A stretch of 64,000 nucleotides of DNA. It comes from Malacoraja senta. Its lineage: Eukaryota. The stretch spans positions 1 through 64,000 of the forward strand of contig JAXLNO010000270.1 of NCBI GenBank assembly GCA_038087875.1, written 5' to 3'. Positions 11,198 through 24,869 of the stretch are shown here, in pieces (within the stretch, counting starts at the first letter, position 1; every line of letters starts with the position of its first letter). Below the pieces are notes generated by a model that worked only from the letters and a program-made list of their open reading frames with translations, had not been told where the DNA came from and searched no databases. A program made the position numbers and the translations under genes.

Positions 11198-12826
11198 AGA
11201 AACGCAGCGGGTGAGGCAGCATCTATGGAGCGAAGGAAATAGGCAACGTTTCGGGCAGAAACCCTTCTTCAGATTGATGTGAGTTTGGGGGGAGCGCCGG
11301 GAAAAAGAAAGGAGGAGGATGAGCCAGTGGGCTGAGGGAGAGCTGAGAAGGGGAAGATAAATTAAGGACTACCTGAAATTAGAGAAGTCAATGTTCATAC
11401 CGCTGGGGTACAAACTCCCCAAGCGAAATATGAGGTGCTGCTCCTCCAATTTACGGTGGTCCTCACTCTGGGCATGAAGGAGGCCGAGGACAGAATGGTC
11501 GGATTCGGAATGGGAGGGGGAGTAGAAGTGCTGAGCTATCGGGAGATCAGGTTAGTTATTGCGAACCGAGCGGATGTGTTCGGCGAAGCGATCGCCAAGC
11601 CTACGCTTGGTCTCACCGATGTAGAGCAGCTGACATCTAGAGCAGCGGATGCAATAGATGAGGTTGGAGGAGGTGCAGGTGAACCTCTGCCGGACCTGGA
11701 AAGACTGCTTGGTCCTTGAATGGAGTCAAAGGGGGAGGTAAAGCGACAAGTGTAGCATTTCTTGCGGTTGCAAGGGAAAGTGCCCGGAGAGGGGGTGGTT
11801 CGGATGGGAAGGGAGGAATTGACCAGGGAATTACGGAGGGAGCGGTCTCTGCGGAACGCAGACAGGGGAGGAGATGGGAAGATGCGGCTAGTGGTGGGGT
11901 CACGTTGGAGGTGGCGAAAATGACGGAGGATTTTTGTAGTACGTGACGGCTGGTCGGGTGAAAGGTGAGGACAAGGGGGACTCTGCCCTTGGTATAATTG
12001 GGGGTTGGGGAGTGAGAATAGAGTGACGGGGTATAGAAGATACCCTGTTGAGAGCCTCATCTATGATATACGTGGGGAACCCCCGTTCCCTGAAAAATTA
12101 AGACATCTCCGATGCCCTGGTGTGGAACACTTCATCCTGGGTGCAGATGCGGCGTAGACGGAGGAATTGGGAGTAGAGGATGGAGTCCTTACAGAAAGCA
12201 GGGTGGGAAGAATTGATGTCCAGATAGCCATGGGAATCAGTGGGTTTACAGTGGATGCCGGTCAGGAGTCTATCACCTGCGATGGAGATAGTGAGGTCAA
12301 GGAATGGAAGGGAAATGTCGGAAATGGTCCAGGTGTATTTGAGTGCCGGATGGAAGTTAGTGGTGAAATAGATGAAGTCAGTGAGTTGTGTGTGGGTGCA
12401 GGAGGTAGCACCAATGCAGTCGTCGATGTAGCGGAGTTAGAGTTCGGGGATAGGGCCACGGTACGTCTTGAACAATAATTGTTCGACGTACCATACAAAG
12501 AGGCAGGCGTAGCTAGGGCTTATGAGGTGTCCTCGACTCCATCATATCCCCCCTGGTTAAAATCCTCCCTACCTATTATCAAGACACGTCAAACGCTCTT
12601 CGTCGACTCCATTTTCCAGGCCCACATTCCCTCATCTTCACCGTAGATATCCAATCACTTTACACCTCCATCCCCAACCAGGAGGGTCTCAAAGCCCTCC
12701 GTTTCTTCCTCGACCGTAGAACCAACAAATCCCCGTCTACTGATATTCTCCTCCGCGTAGCGGAACTGGTCCTTACCCGTAATTAATTTTCGTTTGACTC
12801 TTTCCATTTGCTCCAATGGGCACGCG
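11198..12826 (-). mobile_element. Penelope-like element (RT + GIY-YIG endonuclease), decayed, with inverted 5' part (12527-12826 on +)
   Basis: SYACLF, YIDD, FLDLT, SAFRRDRSLRNSLV, CNRKKCYTC motifs on minus; DIQSLYTSIP...MGTR on plus. Confidence 0.9.
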
Positions 12827-12829
12827 CTT

Positions 12830-12983
12830 GGGAATGAGTATGAGAGAGCGCGCAAGAGGGAGAGAGAGATGGATAGAGGGAGAAAGAAATAATGTGTGTG
12901 TGAGAGGGCGGAGATAGTGAGAGAAAGAGATCGTGAGAGGGCGAGAGACAGAGAGGGAAAGTGAGGTAGATAGAGATAGAGTG

Positions 12984-13014
<31 letters not shown>

Positions 13015-13110
13015 GGCATATAGAGAGAGCGAGAGAGAGAGTACGAGAGTTTGTGTGTGAGAGAGAAAGAGAGGGGGGAGAGAAAGAGAGTGTGTGTGAG
13101 AGAGAGAACA
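12830..13110. repeat. (GA)n/(GT)n low-complexity tract
   Basis: Directly visible. Confidence 0.9.
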
Positions 13111-14104
13111 GGTATAAAGTGAGAGGTGTAAAGGTTTAATATAAACGTGAGGAGCAATTATTTCATTCAGAGGGTTGTGGAAATGTTGAACGACCGTCCC
13201 AGAAAATTGTTCAGGTACATATAATAATACAATTTAATGGGCATTTGGACAGGTACACGGGGAGGAAAGGTTTATGGGGATATGGGCTAAAACACAGGGA
13301 ACTATTTTGGATGGTGCATTTTTGTCCACACGCGCACGTACGACGGCACGGTCTGTATCCGCGATGTATGTACTCAGGTGTCTAGGAATTCTTCCATCGA
13401 GATATATTGGACATAACCGTCAGGTGATGGGAGACAGTGATTCCCAGTTCAAAACGGGTTATCCAACAGCCAACAGCCAACAGAGATGCCTCGTTCGGCA
13501 AGAAAACCGTGATGGTATTCAGAGCATGTCTTGCGGAGAACATACTTGTCCTTCGTGTTCCTTTCTGGGTCATCCTGCTTCAATGCCTCAGATTAGGACG
13601 TTATCCGGATGTTAATCTCCCTTTTCACTCAAGGCTTCTGTTAAGGACGCCCCCAAAATGTTTCTTTTGTAAAACTGCCGTCATGTGTATTTCTTGATTA
13701 AACCGATGTTGACTGATGTGTACACAGTCAGGGTGCGTGAAGTGACCTGAAACATATACCGTTCCGTCTACTCAAGACAGACCTGAAGAAGACCCTTAGT
13801 CTCACCATCCCATTATTCTTTCCGTTGGTGCCGGGTTCTTAAATCGCTGTTTGTAGGCAGCAGATGCAGCACAGATAGATGACCAGATGAAAAATGAAAG
13901 CGATGAATGGAACGGCATGCATAATTGAGGATGATGTAGCCCAGAGTGTTGACGTCCAGTGTGGGGTGGGAAACATGCTGATTTTCATTAACACGCATTC
14001 CTAAATTAAGGTTGAATGGAGTGGCTGCAGACGATGAGCAGATGTTGTTTAAGGACATTTTTCAGCGAGTATAATTGGTCAATTGCCACACTAGGGTTGG
14101 CTCA

Positions 14105-17038
14105 TGGAAACATAGAACATAGGAAATAGGTGCAGGAGTAGGCCATTCGGCCCTTCGAGCCTGCACCGCAATTCAATATGATCATGGCTGATCATCCAAT
14201 TCAGTATCCTGGACCTGCTTTCTCTCCATACCCCCTGATCCCTTTAGCCACAAAGGCCACATCTAACTCCCTCTTAAATATAGCCAATGAACTGGCCTCA
14301 ACTTCATTCTGTGACAGAGAATTCCAGAGATTCACCACTCTCTGTGTAAAAAATGTTTTTCTCATCTCAGTCCAAAAATATGTCCCCTTTATCCTTAAAT
14401 CGTGACCCCCTTGTTCTGGACTCCCCCAACATCGGGAACAATCTTCCTGCATCTAGCCTGTTCAACCCCTTAAGAATTTTGAAAATTTCTATAAGATCCC
14501 CACTCAGTCTTCTAAATTCCAGCGAATACAAGCCGAGTCTATCCAGTCTTTACTCATATTAAAGTCCTGACATCCCAGGAATCAGTCTGGTGAACCTTCT
14601 CTGTACTCCCTCTATGGCAGGAATGTCCTTCCTCAGATTAGGAGACCAAAACTGTACGCAATACTCCAGGTGTGGTCTCACCAAGACACTGTACAACTGC
14701 AGTAGAACCTCCCTGCTCCTATACTCAAATCCTTTTGCTATGAATGCTAACATACCATTCGCTTTCTTCACTGCCTGCTGCACCTGCATGCCCACTTTCA
14801 ATGACTGGTGTACCATGACACCCAGGTCTCGTTGCATCTCCACCTTTCCTAATCGGCCACCATTCAGGTAATAGTCTACTTTCCTGTTTTTGCCACCAAA
14901 GTGGTAAACCTCACATTTATCCACATTATACTGCACCTGCCATGCATTTTCCCACTCACCCAGCCTATCCAAGTCATCCTGCAGCTTCCTAGCACCCTCC
15001 TCACAGGTAACTCTGCCCCCCCCCCCAGCTTCGTGTCATCCGCAAACTTGGAGATGTTGCATTCAATTCCCTCGTCCAATTAATATATATTGTAAATAGC
15101 TGAGGTCCCAGCACCGAGCCTTGCGGTACCCCACTAGTCAGTGCCTGCCATTCTGAAAAGGACCCGTTTACTCCTACACTTTGCTTCCTGCCTGCCAGCC
15201 AATTCTCTATCCACATCAATACTGAACCCCCAATACTGTGTGCTTTAAGTGTGTATACTAATCTCGTATGTGCGACCTTGTCGACAGCCTTCTGAAAGTC
15301 CAGATATAACACATCCACTGGTTCTTGCCTTATCCACTCAACTAGTTACATCCTCGAAAATTGATATTAGATTCGTCAGACATGATTTACCTTTCATAAA
15401 TCCATGCTGACTTTGTCCAATGATTTCACCATTTTCCAAATGTGTTGCTATCCCATCTTTAATAACTGACTCTAGCAGTTTCCCCACTACCGATGTTAGA
15501 CTAACTGGTATGTAATTCCACGTTTTCTCTCTCTCTCCCTTTTCAAAAAGTGGGGTTACATTAGCTATCCTCCAATCATCAGGAACTACTCCAGAATCTA
15601 AAGAGTTTTGAAAAATTATCACTGATGCATGCACTATTTCTGGGGCTACTTCCGTAAGTACTCTGGGATGCAGCCTATCTGGCCCTTGGGATTTATCGGC
15701 CTTTAATCCATTCAATGTACCTAACACCACTTCCCGTCTAACCTGGATTTCACTCAGTTCCTCCATCTCATTTGACCCCCGGTCCCCTGCTTTTTCCGGC
15801 GGATTAATTAAGTCTTCCTTAGTGAAGACAGAACCAAAGTAGTTGTTCAATTGGTCTGCCATGTCCTTGTTCCCCATGATCAATACACCTGTTTCTAACT
15901 GCAAGGGACCTACATTTGTTTTAACTAATATTTTTCTCTTGACATATCTATAAAAACTTTTGCAGTCAGTTTTTATGTTCCCTGCCAGTTTCCTTTCATA
16001 ATCCATTTTCCCTTTCCTAATTAAACCATTTGTCCTCCCCTGCATGACTCTGAATTTCTCCCAGTCCTCTGGTAGGCTGCTTTTTCTGGCTAATTTGAAT
16101 GCTTCATCTTTTGTTTTGATACTATCCCTGATTATGCTTGTTATCCACGGATGCACTACCTTCCCTGATTTATTCTTGTACCAAACTGGGGTGAACAATT
16201 GTTGTAGTTCATCCATGCAGCCTTTAAATGCCTTCCATTGCATATCCACCGTCAACTCCTTAAGAATCAATTGCCAGTCTATCTTGGCCAATTCACGTCT
16301 CATACCCTCAAATGTACCTTTCTTTAAGTTCAGAACTCTTGTTTCTGAATTAATTATGTCACTCTCCATCCTAATAAAGAATTCAACCATATTATGGTCA
16401 CTCTTGCCCAAGGGACCACGCCCAACAAGACTGCTAACTAACCCTTCCTCATTACTCAATACCCAGTCTAGAATAGCCTGCTCTCACGTTGGTTCCTCTA
16501 CATGTTGATTTAGAAAACTATCCCGCATACATTCCAAGAAATCCTCTTCCTCAGCACCCCTGCCAATTTGATTCACCCAATCAATATGTAGATTGAAGTC
16601 ACCCATTATAACTGTTTTACCTTTGTTGCACGCATTTCTAATTTCCTGTTTGATGCCATCCCCAACTCCACTACTACTGTTATGTGGCCCGTACACAACT
16701 CCCACTAGCTTGTTCTGCCCCTTAGTGTTTCGCAGCTCTACCCACATCGATTCCACATCCTCCAAGCTAACGTCCTTCCTTTCTTTTGCGTTAATCTCCT
16801 CTCTAACCAGCAACGCTACCCCACCTCCTTTTCCTTTCTGTCTATCCCTCCTGAATATTGAATATCCCTGGATGTTGCGCTCCCAGCCTTGGAGCCATGT
16901 CTCCGTGATCCCAACTATATCATAGTCATAAATAGCTATCTGCACATTCAACTCATCCACCTTATTACGAATGCTCCTTGCATTGAGACACAAAGCCTTC
17001 AGGCTTGTTTTTACAACACTCTTACCCCTTATACAATT
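14105..17038 (-). mobile_element. CR1 (family A) with nearly complete ORF2 (APE + RT) and 3' UTR; 5'-truncated, several stops/frameshifts
   Basis: ORFs 16484-16993, 15338-16459, 15001-15318, 14559-14972; tail catagaaacatag-like. Confidence 0.95.
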
Positions 17039-17039
17039 A

Positions 17040-17600
17040 AGGCTCAGGGTGATGTGTGGACGGCGCAGGTCTGGTCGTCCAGCTTTAGGAAGGATATCAT
17101 TAAGCTGGAAAAGGGTGGAGGCAAAACTAGTAGCGGGGCGAGAGGGTTAGAGTTTTAAAGAGAGACTGGTCAGGCTGCAACGTTTTGACTGTAGTAGAAA
17201 GTTGAGTGGTCACAATTCTGCAGTGCATGCAACCCTGAGGTGCAGAGGGAAGACGGATGACCGCTGTGTTTCTATGCGAGGCAGTGGAGGCTAACACTGG
17301 AGATTACATATACAAGTGAGAGGGGGTAAACACAGAATAGACTGATGGACAATGCGTTTTACACAGGGGTTGTGCGTAGGTGGCACTGGTTGCCGGTGGA
17401 AGCTGAAGAGATGGGCTCTGTATAAGATACGAGATGCAATGTATAAGATACATTTGAACGAATATATGGTTAAATGTGGTTAGAGGTCGATGGAGCAAAT
17501 CTGGGCAGATTGAGCGAGATTCGTCCGCATACCGTATTACACGGCATAGTCACCTTGTTCCGGATGGGATTATGTCGTTCTGTTTGACACTATAACTACA
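17040..17600 (+). mobile_element. Very old CR1 3' fragment
   Basis: QVWSSSFRKDIIKLE remnant and degenerate 3' UTR. Confidence 0.6.
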
Positions 17601-18118
17601 AATAGAGTGGTAATTGTGTGACTGGAAGACAGCCAGGGATTACTAAGGAGTTGGCGTATTTTTGCTTTTCCAGTGCTATCTACAACGTGCATTATTGAGA
17701 GCCCAACCGCACTTGCTTGAAAATTACTTTTTATAATAAAGAATTAATTTGGCACCAACTGATGCCAGCTTTCGGTGTTCTATTTTTAGCTCCTCAAACA
17801 ATGAAGCGCTGACTCTCAGTTTAGTTCCATACCAGGTGAACAATTCCAGGGCGTTGCGCAATTTCCAGCTTTTCGATGATGGGGACATCCCGTGGACAGA
17901 ACGAGAACAGCTTCTCGAGCGGCTAAGAACCAATCAATTTCTCATTTTGGGATAATTTCCGGCAGTGAATAGTTTTCGCATTTGCTTTTCATCATTCCAT
18001 GCGTATGATCATCACTGCTGCGGCTCTGGAAACTGGAGAAACGACATGCTGTTGCTTCTTCAGTAAATTATGTTGACATACCAGCTGCATTCCAAGCAGT
18101 CGGCCACGGTTTGATTTA

Positions 18119-18705
18119 AAGGCCTGTCTCACGAATCTGCGGTCATTGGCGGCGAAACGGGAAGAATCTGCCGCCATAGACCGCGCACTCGTGAGAACGT
18201 ACAATTCCCGGGCCGTGCGACGGTGTTCCCAACACCGCGCGGTGCTAAAATAAAATGGACAATGTCGAAAACACTATACTCACCGCACAACCTCCACCAG
18301 TGATGCACAAGTGCGGCACGGCCGCTCGCACGGGCCGCCGCCAGTGTGGGTCGAGCGCCGTGCGTCAAACCTCCTCTGCCACAGCCTCCGCCAGTGAGGC
18401 ACGTGCCGCCGCCAGTGAGGCATGTGTGCTGCGCGGCCGCAGTCACAGCCACCGCTGCAGCGCCGCGATCACGATGGCCGCCGCTGGTGAGTCACGTGCG
18501 GCGGGCCGACGTCATCGCAGTTGGCCCGCCCTTTTTTTACTTACCGCAAGCACGTGGGACCCGCCGTGTTTGAATTAACTCGGCCCCCGCGCAACATCCG
18601 TGCGGCGCTCCGGTGGATAGGCTCGACGCCGTTGCCGCGCGGTCCTCGCTACCGGCGACGCCGCGCTTCACCGCCGATGACCGCAAACAGGTAAGACAGA
18701 GCCTT
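18119..18705. mobile_element. CpG-rich non-autonomous DNA transposon (MITE; PIF/Harbinger- or Kolobok-like ends)
   Basis: ~40-bp imperfect TIRs aaggcctgtctcacgaatctgcggtcattggcggcgaa / ttcaccgccgatgaccgcaaacaggtaagacagagcctt, T/A-rich flanks. Confidence 0.8.
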
Positions 18706-19349
18706 TACGGTCACCACAGTTTACCCATCCATGGGTATCCGCCTCCCTGGAGTTACGGATATTTCGTTCAGAACTCACCCAGCACACATTGATAAATCTC
18801 AATAATTTTACCAGTGAGTTAAAATAGGTTCCATAGTCAATTATTACTCGCTGTGAGCTGGTCACTGGATCTGGGATCTGGGATGGGAATCCCTACCATC
18901 AGCTTTTCCCGGTAAACGAATGAAAGGGTCGGTGCATCTTCCTGCTCCTTTTATTGCAGCTTTCCACAAATAAATTGGACAGTTCCCAACATCCAGACGC
19001 TATGTTTACACCCAGTGTCGTTAGTCACTGTAGCACCCTCCCTCGGTCAATTTCATTTTGTGGAATATTCCTCTTAATTCCCCGTCTGTGCCCGTCCGTC
19101 AGGACCTTCAACCTGTCCCGTACAGACAGACGGAACATCCTCGCTCTGACGCTCAGTTATTCTCTATGCTACGTAGCACATCGCATGTTCTCCCTGACTG
19201 TCCCCATGATTCCTTTACCTACTTTATAATAATTGTGCTCTAGCTTACTGGTAATCGGGCGAAATATCGATTAGACCTGTTGTTTTCACGGACATTGCTT
19301 GATCTGCTGAGTTCCTCTAGCGTTCTATCGTTTCCTTTCTTCTTCCTTG

Positions 19350-19870
19350 CACTCTTTCCCGCTTGATAACATTTTTCTTACAACAGAGTGACCACAATTG
19401 AACATAAAATTCCATGCGCAGCCTCACCAACAACTTATAAACTGCAACAATACATACTAACACTTTTACTTAAGGAATTGACTAATTGAAGTACAGCGTG
19501 CCGAACCTTCCCATACCAGAGGAATAGATCGGGTTGATTTACAGAGTTCCTTGCCCAGGGTAGGGGAATTGAGGACCAGAGAACATAGGTTTGACGTGCA
19601 ATGGAAAATATTTTATAGGAATCTGAGCTGTAATTTTTCCACATAAAGGGCGGTGGGTGTCAGGGAGAACCTACCAGTGAGACAGCGGGGGCTGGGAATA
19701 TCCGAACGCTTAAAGAACAGTTGGACAAGTACATGGATAGGACAGGTTTGGAGGGGTATGGACCAATGGCGGGCCGTGGGAATAGTGTAGCTGGACATGA
19801 TGACCGATGTGGGCAAAATGAGCTGAAGGGCCTGTTTCCACGCTGTGTCACTGTCTGTGTCTATGACTCG
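19350..19870. mobile_element. Decayed CR1 fragments (short minus piece, then plus-strand 3' end)
   Basis: aggaatctgag...aatttttccaca...ggacaagtacatggatagg...gggcctgtttccacgctgt 3' UTR pattern. Confidence 0.65.
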
Positions 19871-19959
19871 ATGACCATCTTATGCACCCGCGACACCAAA
19901 TTATGAGATCAATTACGTATACTCTTAGAAATCCTTGGTCTACTCGTCCGGGTGTTGAG

Positions 19960-22900
19960 TAGATAAACGGCGCGGGGCTTTGCTTTCCAGACGCCCAGGG
20001 ACCGTTGCAGGAGGACCAAAAACTGCAACGTTCCATTCACGTTTACGATAAGTGAGGAAGCAGCTGATTGGGAGTCAGATCCCTGCTGATTTCCTCCACC
20101 AGTTTGTATTGTATCCAGAGTAAGGCTTTGTATTGTATCTAGGGTAAGGCTTTGTATTGTATCCAGGGTAAGGGGGGAGAATGAGGGCCAGGGCAGTTTA
20201 CTGTTCTGGATGTCAGATGTGGGAGGTCATTGAGTCTGATACCCTTCCAGACGTCCACATCTGTTTCAGGTGCGTAGAGATGGGGTTCCTAAGGGACCGT
20301 GTTAGGAACCTGGAGCAGCAGCTCGATGACCTCTGTCTGATCAGGGAGAGTGAGGAGGTCATGGAAAGGAGTTACAGGGAGGTGGCAAATCCAAGACCAC
20401 GGGAGGCAGACAAGTGGGTCACGGTTAGGAAGGGCAAGGGGCAGAAGCAGGGAATAGTGAGTACCCCGGTGGCTGTGCACCTTGAAAATATGTACTCCTG
20501 TTTCAGTACTGTTGGGTGGGGACAGCCTTCCTGGGGGTAGCGACAGCGGCCGGGCCTCCGGCACAGAGACCGGCCCTATAGCTCAGAAGGGGATGGCAAT
20601 AGTAATAGGGGACTCTATGGTTAGGGGGTCGGATAGGCGATACTGTGGACGCAGTCAGGAGACCCGGATGGTTGTTTGCCTCCCTGGTGCCAGGGTCAGG
20701 GATGTGTCTGAACGCGTCCAAGATATCCTGAAATCGGAGGGAGAGGAGCTTGAGGTTGTAGTACATATAGGTACCAATGACATAGGTAGAAAAAGAGAAG
20801 AGGTCCTGAAAGGAGAATTTAGGGAGTTGGGAGGAGAGTTAAGGAGAAGGACCGCAAAGGTAACAATCTCAGGATTACTACCTGTGCCGCGCGACGTTGA
20901 GAGTAGGTATGGAATGAGGTGGAGGATAAATGCGTGGCTGAGGAACTGGTGCAGCGGGCAGGGATTCAAATTTCTGGATCATTGGGGCCTCTTTTGGGGA
21001 AGGTGTGACCTGTACAGAAAGGACGGGTTGCACCTGAACCCGAGGGGGACCAATATCCTGGCGGGAAGATTTGCAAAGGCTACAGGGGAGACTTTAAGCT
21101 AGAACGGTTGGGGGGAGGGACTCAAATAGAGAAAGCTACTGGAAAATGTGGGAGGCAGGAGACAGAGAAGGGAAGCACTCGGACACAAAATGTAGGGGAG
21201 AAAGAAGAAAAAGATAACAAACAGAGAATAAGTGGTGGTGGGTTTCTTAAATGTGTATATTTTAATGCTAGGAGCATTGTAAGAAAGGTGGATGAGCTTT
21301 GAGCCTGGATTGACACTTGGAATTATGATGTTGTGGCGATCAGTGAAACATGGTTGCAGGAGGGCTGTGATTGGAAACTAAATATTCCAGCATTTCGTTG
21401 CTTCAGGGGTGATAGGTTTGGAGGGGAAAGAGGTGGGGGTGTTGCATTGCTTGTCAAGGAAGATATTACAGCAGGATAGATTAGAGGGATCGTCTAGGGA
21501 GGCTACTTGGGTGGAACTGAGAAATGGGAAAGGTGTAGCAACACTTATAGGGGTGTATTATAGACCGCCAAATGGGGAGCGAGAATTGGAAGAGCAAATA
21601 TGTAAGGAGATAGCAGATATTAGTGGTAAGCACAACGTAGTGATTGTGGGAGATTTCAATTGTCCACACATAGACTGGGAAACACATTCTGTAAAAGGGC
21701 TGGATGGTTTGGAGTTTGTAAAATGTGTGCAGGATAGTTTTAGCAGCAATACATAGAGGTACCTACTAGAGAAGGGGCAGTGCTGGACCTCCTGTTAGGA
21801 AATGAGACAGGGCAGGTGGCGGAGCTATGCGTCCGGGAGCACTTCGGGTCCAGTGATCAGAATACCATTAGTTTCAATATAATTATGGAGAGGGTCAGAA
21901 CTGGACCTAGGGTTGAGATTTTTGATTGGAGAAAGGCTAACTTTGAGGAGATGCGAAAGGATTTAGAAGGAGTGAATTTTGACATGTTGTTTTATGGGAA
22001 GGATGTAGAAGAAAAATTGAAGATATTTAAGGGTGAAAATTTAAGAGTACAGAATCTTTATGTCCCTGTTCGGTTGAAAGGAAATAGTAAAAATTGGAAA
22101 GAGCCATGGTTTTCAAGGGAAATTGGACACTTGGTTCGGAAAAAGAGAGAGATCTACAATAAGTATAGGCAGCATGGAGTAAATGAGGTGCTTGAGGAGT
22201 GTAAAGAATGTAAAAAGAATATTAAGAAAGAAATTAGAAAAGCTAAAAGAAGATATGAGGTTGCTTTGGCAAGTAAGGTGAAAGTAAATCCAAAGGGTTT
22301 CTACAGCTATATTAATAGCAAAAGGATAACAAGGAATATAATTGGTCCATTAGAGAGTCAGAGTGGACAGCTATCTGCAGAGCCAAAAGAGATGGGGGAG
22401 ATATCGTACAATTTATTTTCTTCGGTATTCACCAAGGAGAAGGATATGGAATTATGTGAGGTAAGGGAAGCAAGCAGAGTAGCAATGGAAACTGTGAGAT
22501 TCAAAGAAGAGGAGGTGCGGACACTTTTGAAAAATATGAAAAAGGATAAGTCTCCAGGTCCTGACAGGATATTCCCTAGGACATTGAGGGAAGTTAGTGT
22601 AGAAATAGCAGGGGCTATGACAGAAATATTTCAAATATCATTAGAAACGGGAATAGTGCCGGAGGATTGGCGTACTGCGCATGTTGTTCCATTGTTTAAA
22701 AACGGTCCTAAGAGTAAACCTAGCAATTATAGACCTGTTAATTTGACGTCAGTGGTGGGCAAATTAATGGAAAGGATACTTAAAGATAATATATATAAGC
22801 ATCTGCATAAGCAGGGTCTGATTAGGAACAGTCAACATGGATTGTGCCTGGAAGGTCATGCTTGACTAATCTTCTTGAATTTTTCGAAGAGGTTACTAGG

Positions 22901-24146
22901 GAAATTTATGAGGGTAAAGCAGTGGATGTTGTCTATATGGACTTCAGTAAGGCCTTTGACAAGGTTCCTCATGGAAGGTTGGTTAAGAAGATTCAATTGT
23001 TGGGTATTAATGGTGGAGTAGCAAGATGGATTCAACAGTGGCTGAATGGGAGGTGCCAGAGAGTAATGGTGGATGGCTGTTTGTCAGGTTGGAGGCCGGT
23101 GACTAGTGGGGTGCCTCAGGGGGTCTGTGTTGGGTCCACTGTTGTTTGTCATGTACATCAATGATCTGGATGATGGTGTGGAAAATTGGATTAGTAAGTA
23201 TGCAGATGATACTAAGATAGGTGGTGTTGTGGATAATGAAGTAGATTTTCAAAGTCTACAGAGAGATTTAGGCCATTTGGAAGAGTGGGCTGAAAGATGG
23301 CAGATGGAGTTTAATGCTGACAAATGTGAGGTGCTACATCTCGGCAGGACAAATCAAAATAGGAATTACATGGTAAATAGTAGCGAATTGAGGAATGCAG
23401 TTGAACAGAGGGATCTAGGAATAACTGTGCATAGTTCCCTGAAGGTGTAATCTCATGTAGATAGGGTGGTAAATAAAGCTTTTGGTGTGCTGGCCTTTAT
23501 AAATCAGAGCATTGAATATGGAAGTTGGGATGTAATGTTTAAATTGTACAAGGCAGTGGTGAGGCCAATACTGGAGTACGGAGTACAATTTTGGTCGCCT
23601 AATTATAGGAAGGATGTCAACAAAATAGGGAGAGTACAGAGGAGATTTACTAGAATGTTGCCTTGGTTTCGGCAACTAAGTTACAGAAAAAGGTTGAATA
23701 AGTTAGGTATTTATTCTTTGGCGCGCAGAAGGTTAAGAGGGGACTTGATAGAGGTCTTTAATATTATGAGCGGGTTAGACAGAGTGGACGTGGATAAGCT
23801 TTTCCCATTGAGAGTAGGGAAGATTCAAACAAGGGGACATGACTTGAGAATTAAGGGATAGAAGTGTAGGGGTAACATTAGGGGGAACTTCTTTACTCAG
23901 AGAGTGGTAGCTGTGTGGAATGAGCTTCCAGTGGAAGTGGTGGAGACAGGTTCGATATTATTCTTTAAAAATAGATTGGATAGGTATATGGACGGGAAAG
24001 GAATGGAGGGTTATGGTCTGAGTGCAGGTAGATGGGACTAGGGGGAAGTAATTTTTTTTTTAATTTAAAAAAGGGTTCGGCACGGACTTGCAGGGCCGAG
24101 ATGGCCTGTTTCCGTGCTGTTATGGATATATGGTTATATGGTTATA
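19960..24146 (+). mobile_element. Near full-length CR1 LINE (family B): 5' UTR, ORF1 (zinc finger + esterase), ORF2 (APE + RT), (tatatggt)n tail; inactivated by frameshifts/stops
   Basis: ORFs 20181-20540, 20482-21102 (GDS, GTND, DGLH), 21409-21756, 21780-22865, 22844-23164, 23106-23450 (YADD), 23466-23861. Confidence 0.95.
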
Positions 24147-24869
24147 CAGCGCTCTCCATGGTCGAACAGTTCACTGTGGAAAAAATCGACCACAAAATAT
24201 AGCAGGTCACGTATTTGCGAAATAAACGCCGTAAGTCATTCCACTGCACATTGATGCAGCTATTTAAAATTCCGACGAAATTCTTAATATCCACCTTGAT
24301 TTACCACCATTCTACTTAGTTTTTTTGTTAAGTTACTCATCATACCTTGATCCTTCTCATTCAGTTAGTTGATATTGATGATAAAGAGCAATATGTCCAC
24401 CACTGACCCGTGAGGCATAACATTAGCCGCAGACCTGCAATCCTAAAACATCCCTGTAAAGTTCAGGTTGACGTCGAAAACTTTTATCACTTGCTCTTTC
24501 ACAAATTTCGTCTGACATGCTGTGTGTTGCATGTAAACCAGCATCTGCAGTTCTCTGTGTCTACATACTTTATCTGCTCCGTGCGGAGCAAAATATAAAT
24601 GTGGAACAGAGACACAGTTTTTATTAGGTACACAATATCAGCAAATACCATTTGGACGGTTTTATTCAAAAGCCGTCTTCCAGGGTATATGAGTAATCAC
24701 GTCTTTAAACGTCACTGTCCCCTCTCTTGTCACTCAATACTGAACACTACCGCGGTAGCTGCTTCACTTGAACAAAGCTGCAGTGAATTTGGATGAAGTA
24801 ATTTCCCAAGAGTTCGTTGGTTTCCTGCTATATTTCTCGGTTCCAGTCGTAAAATATAAAATGGTGCTT

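Noticed and set aside
13274..13697. Short overlapping ORFs in non-repeat-looking DNA
   Set aside because: No recognisable motif or convincing splice signals
19960..24146. Active autonomous CR1
   Set aside because: Both ORFs are broken by several frameshifts and stops
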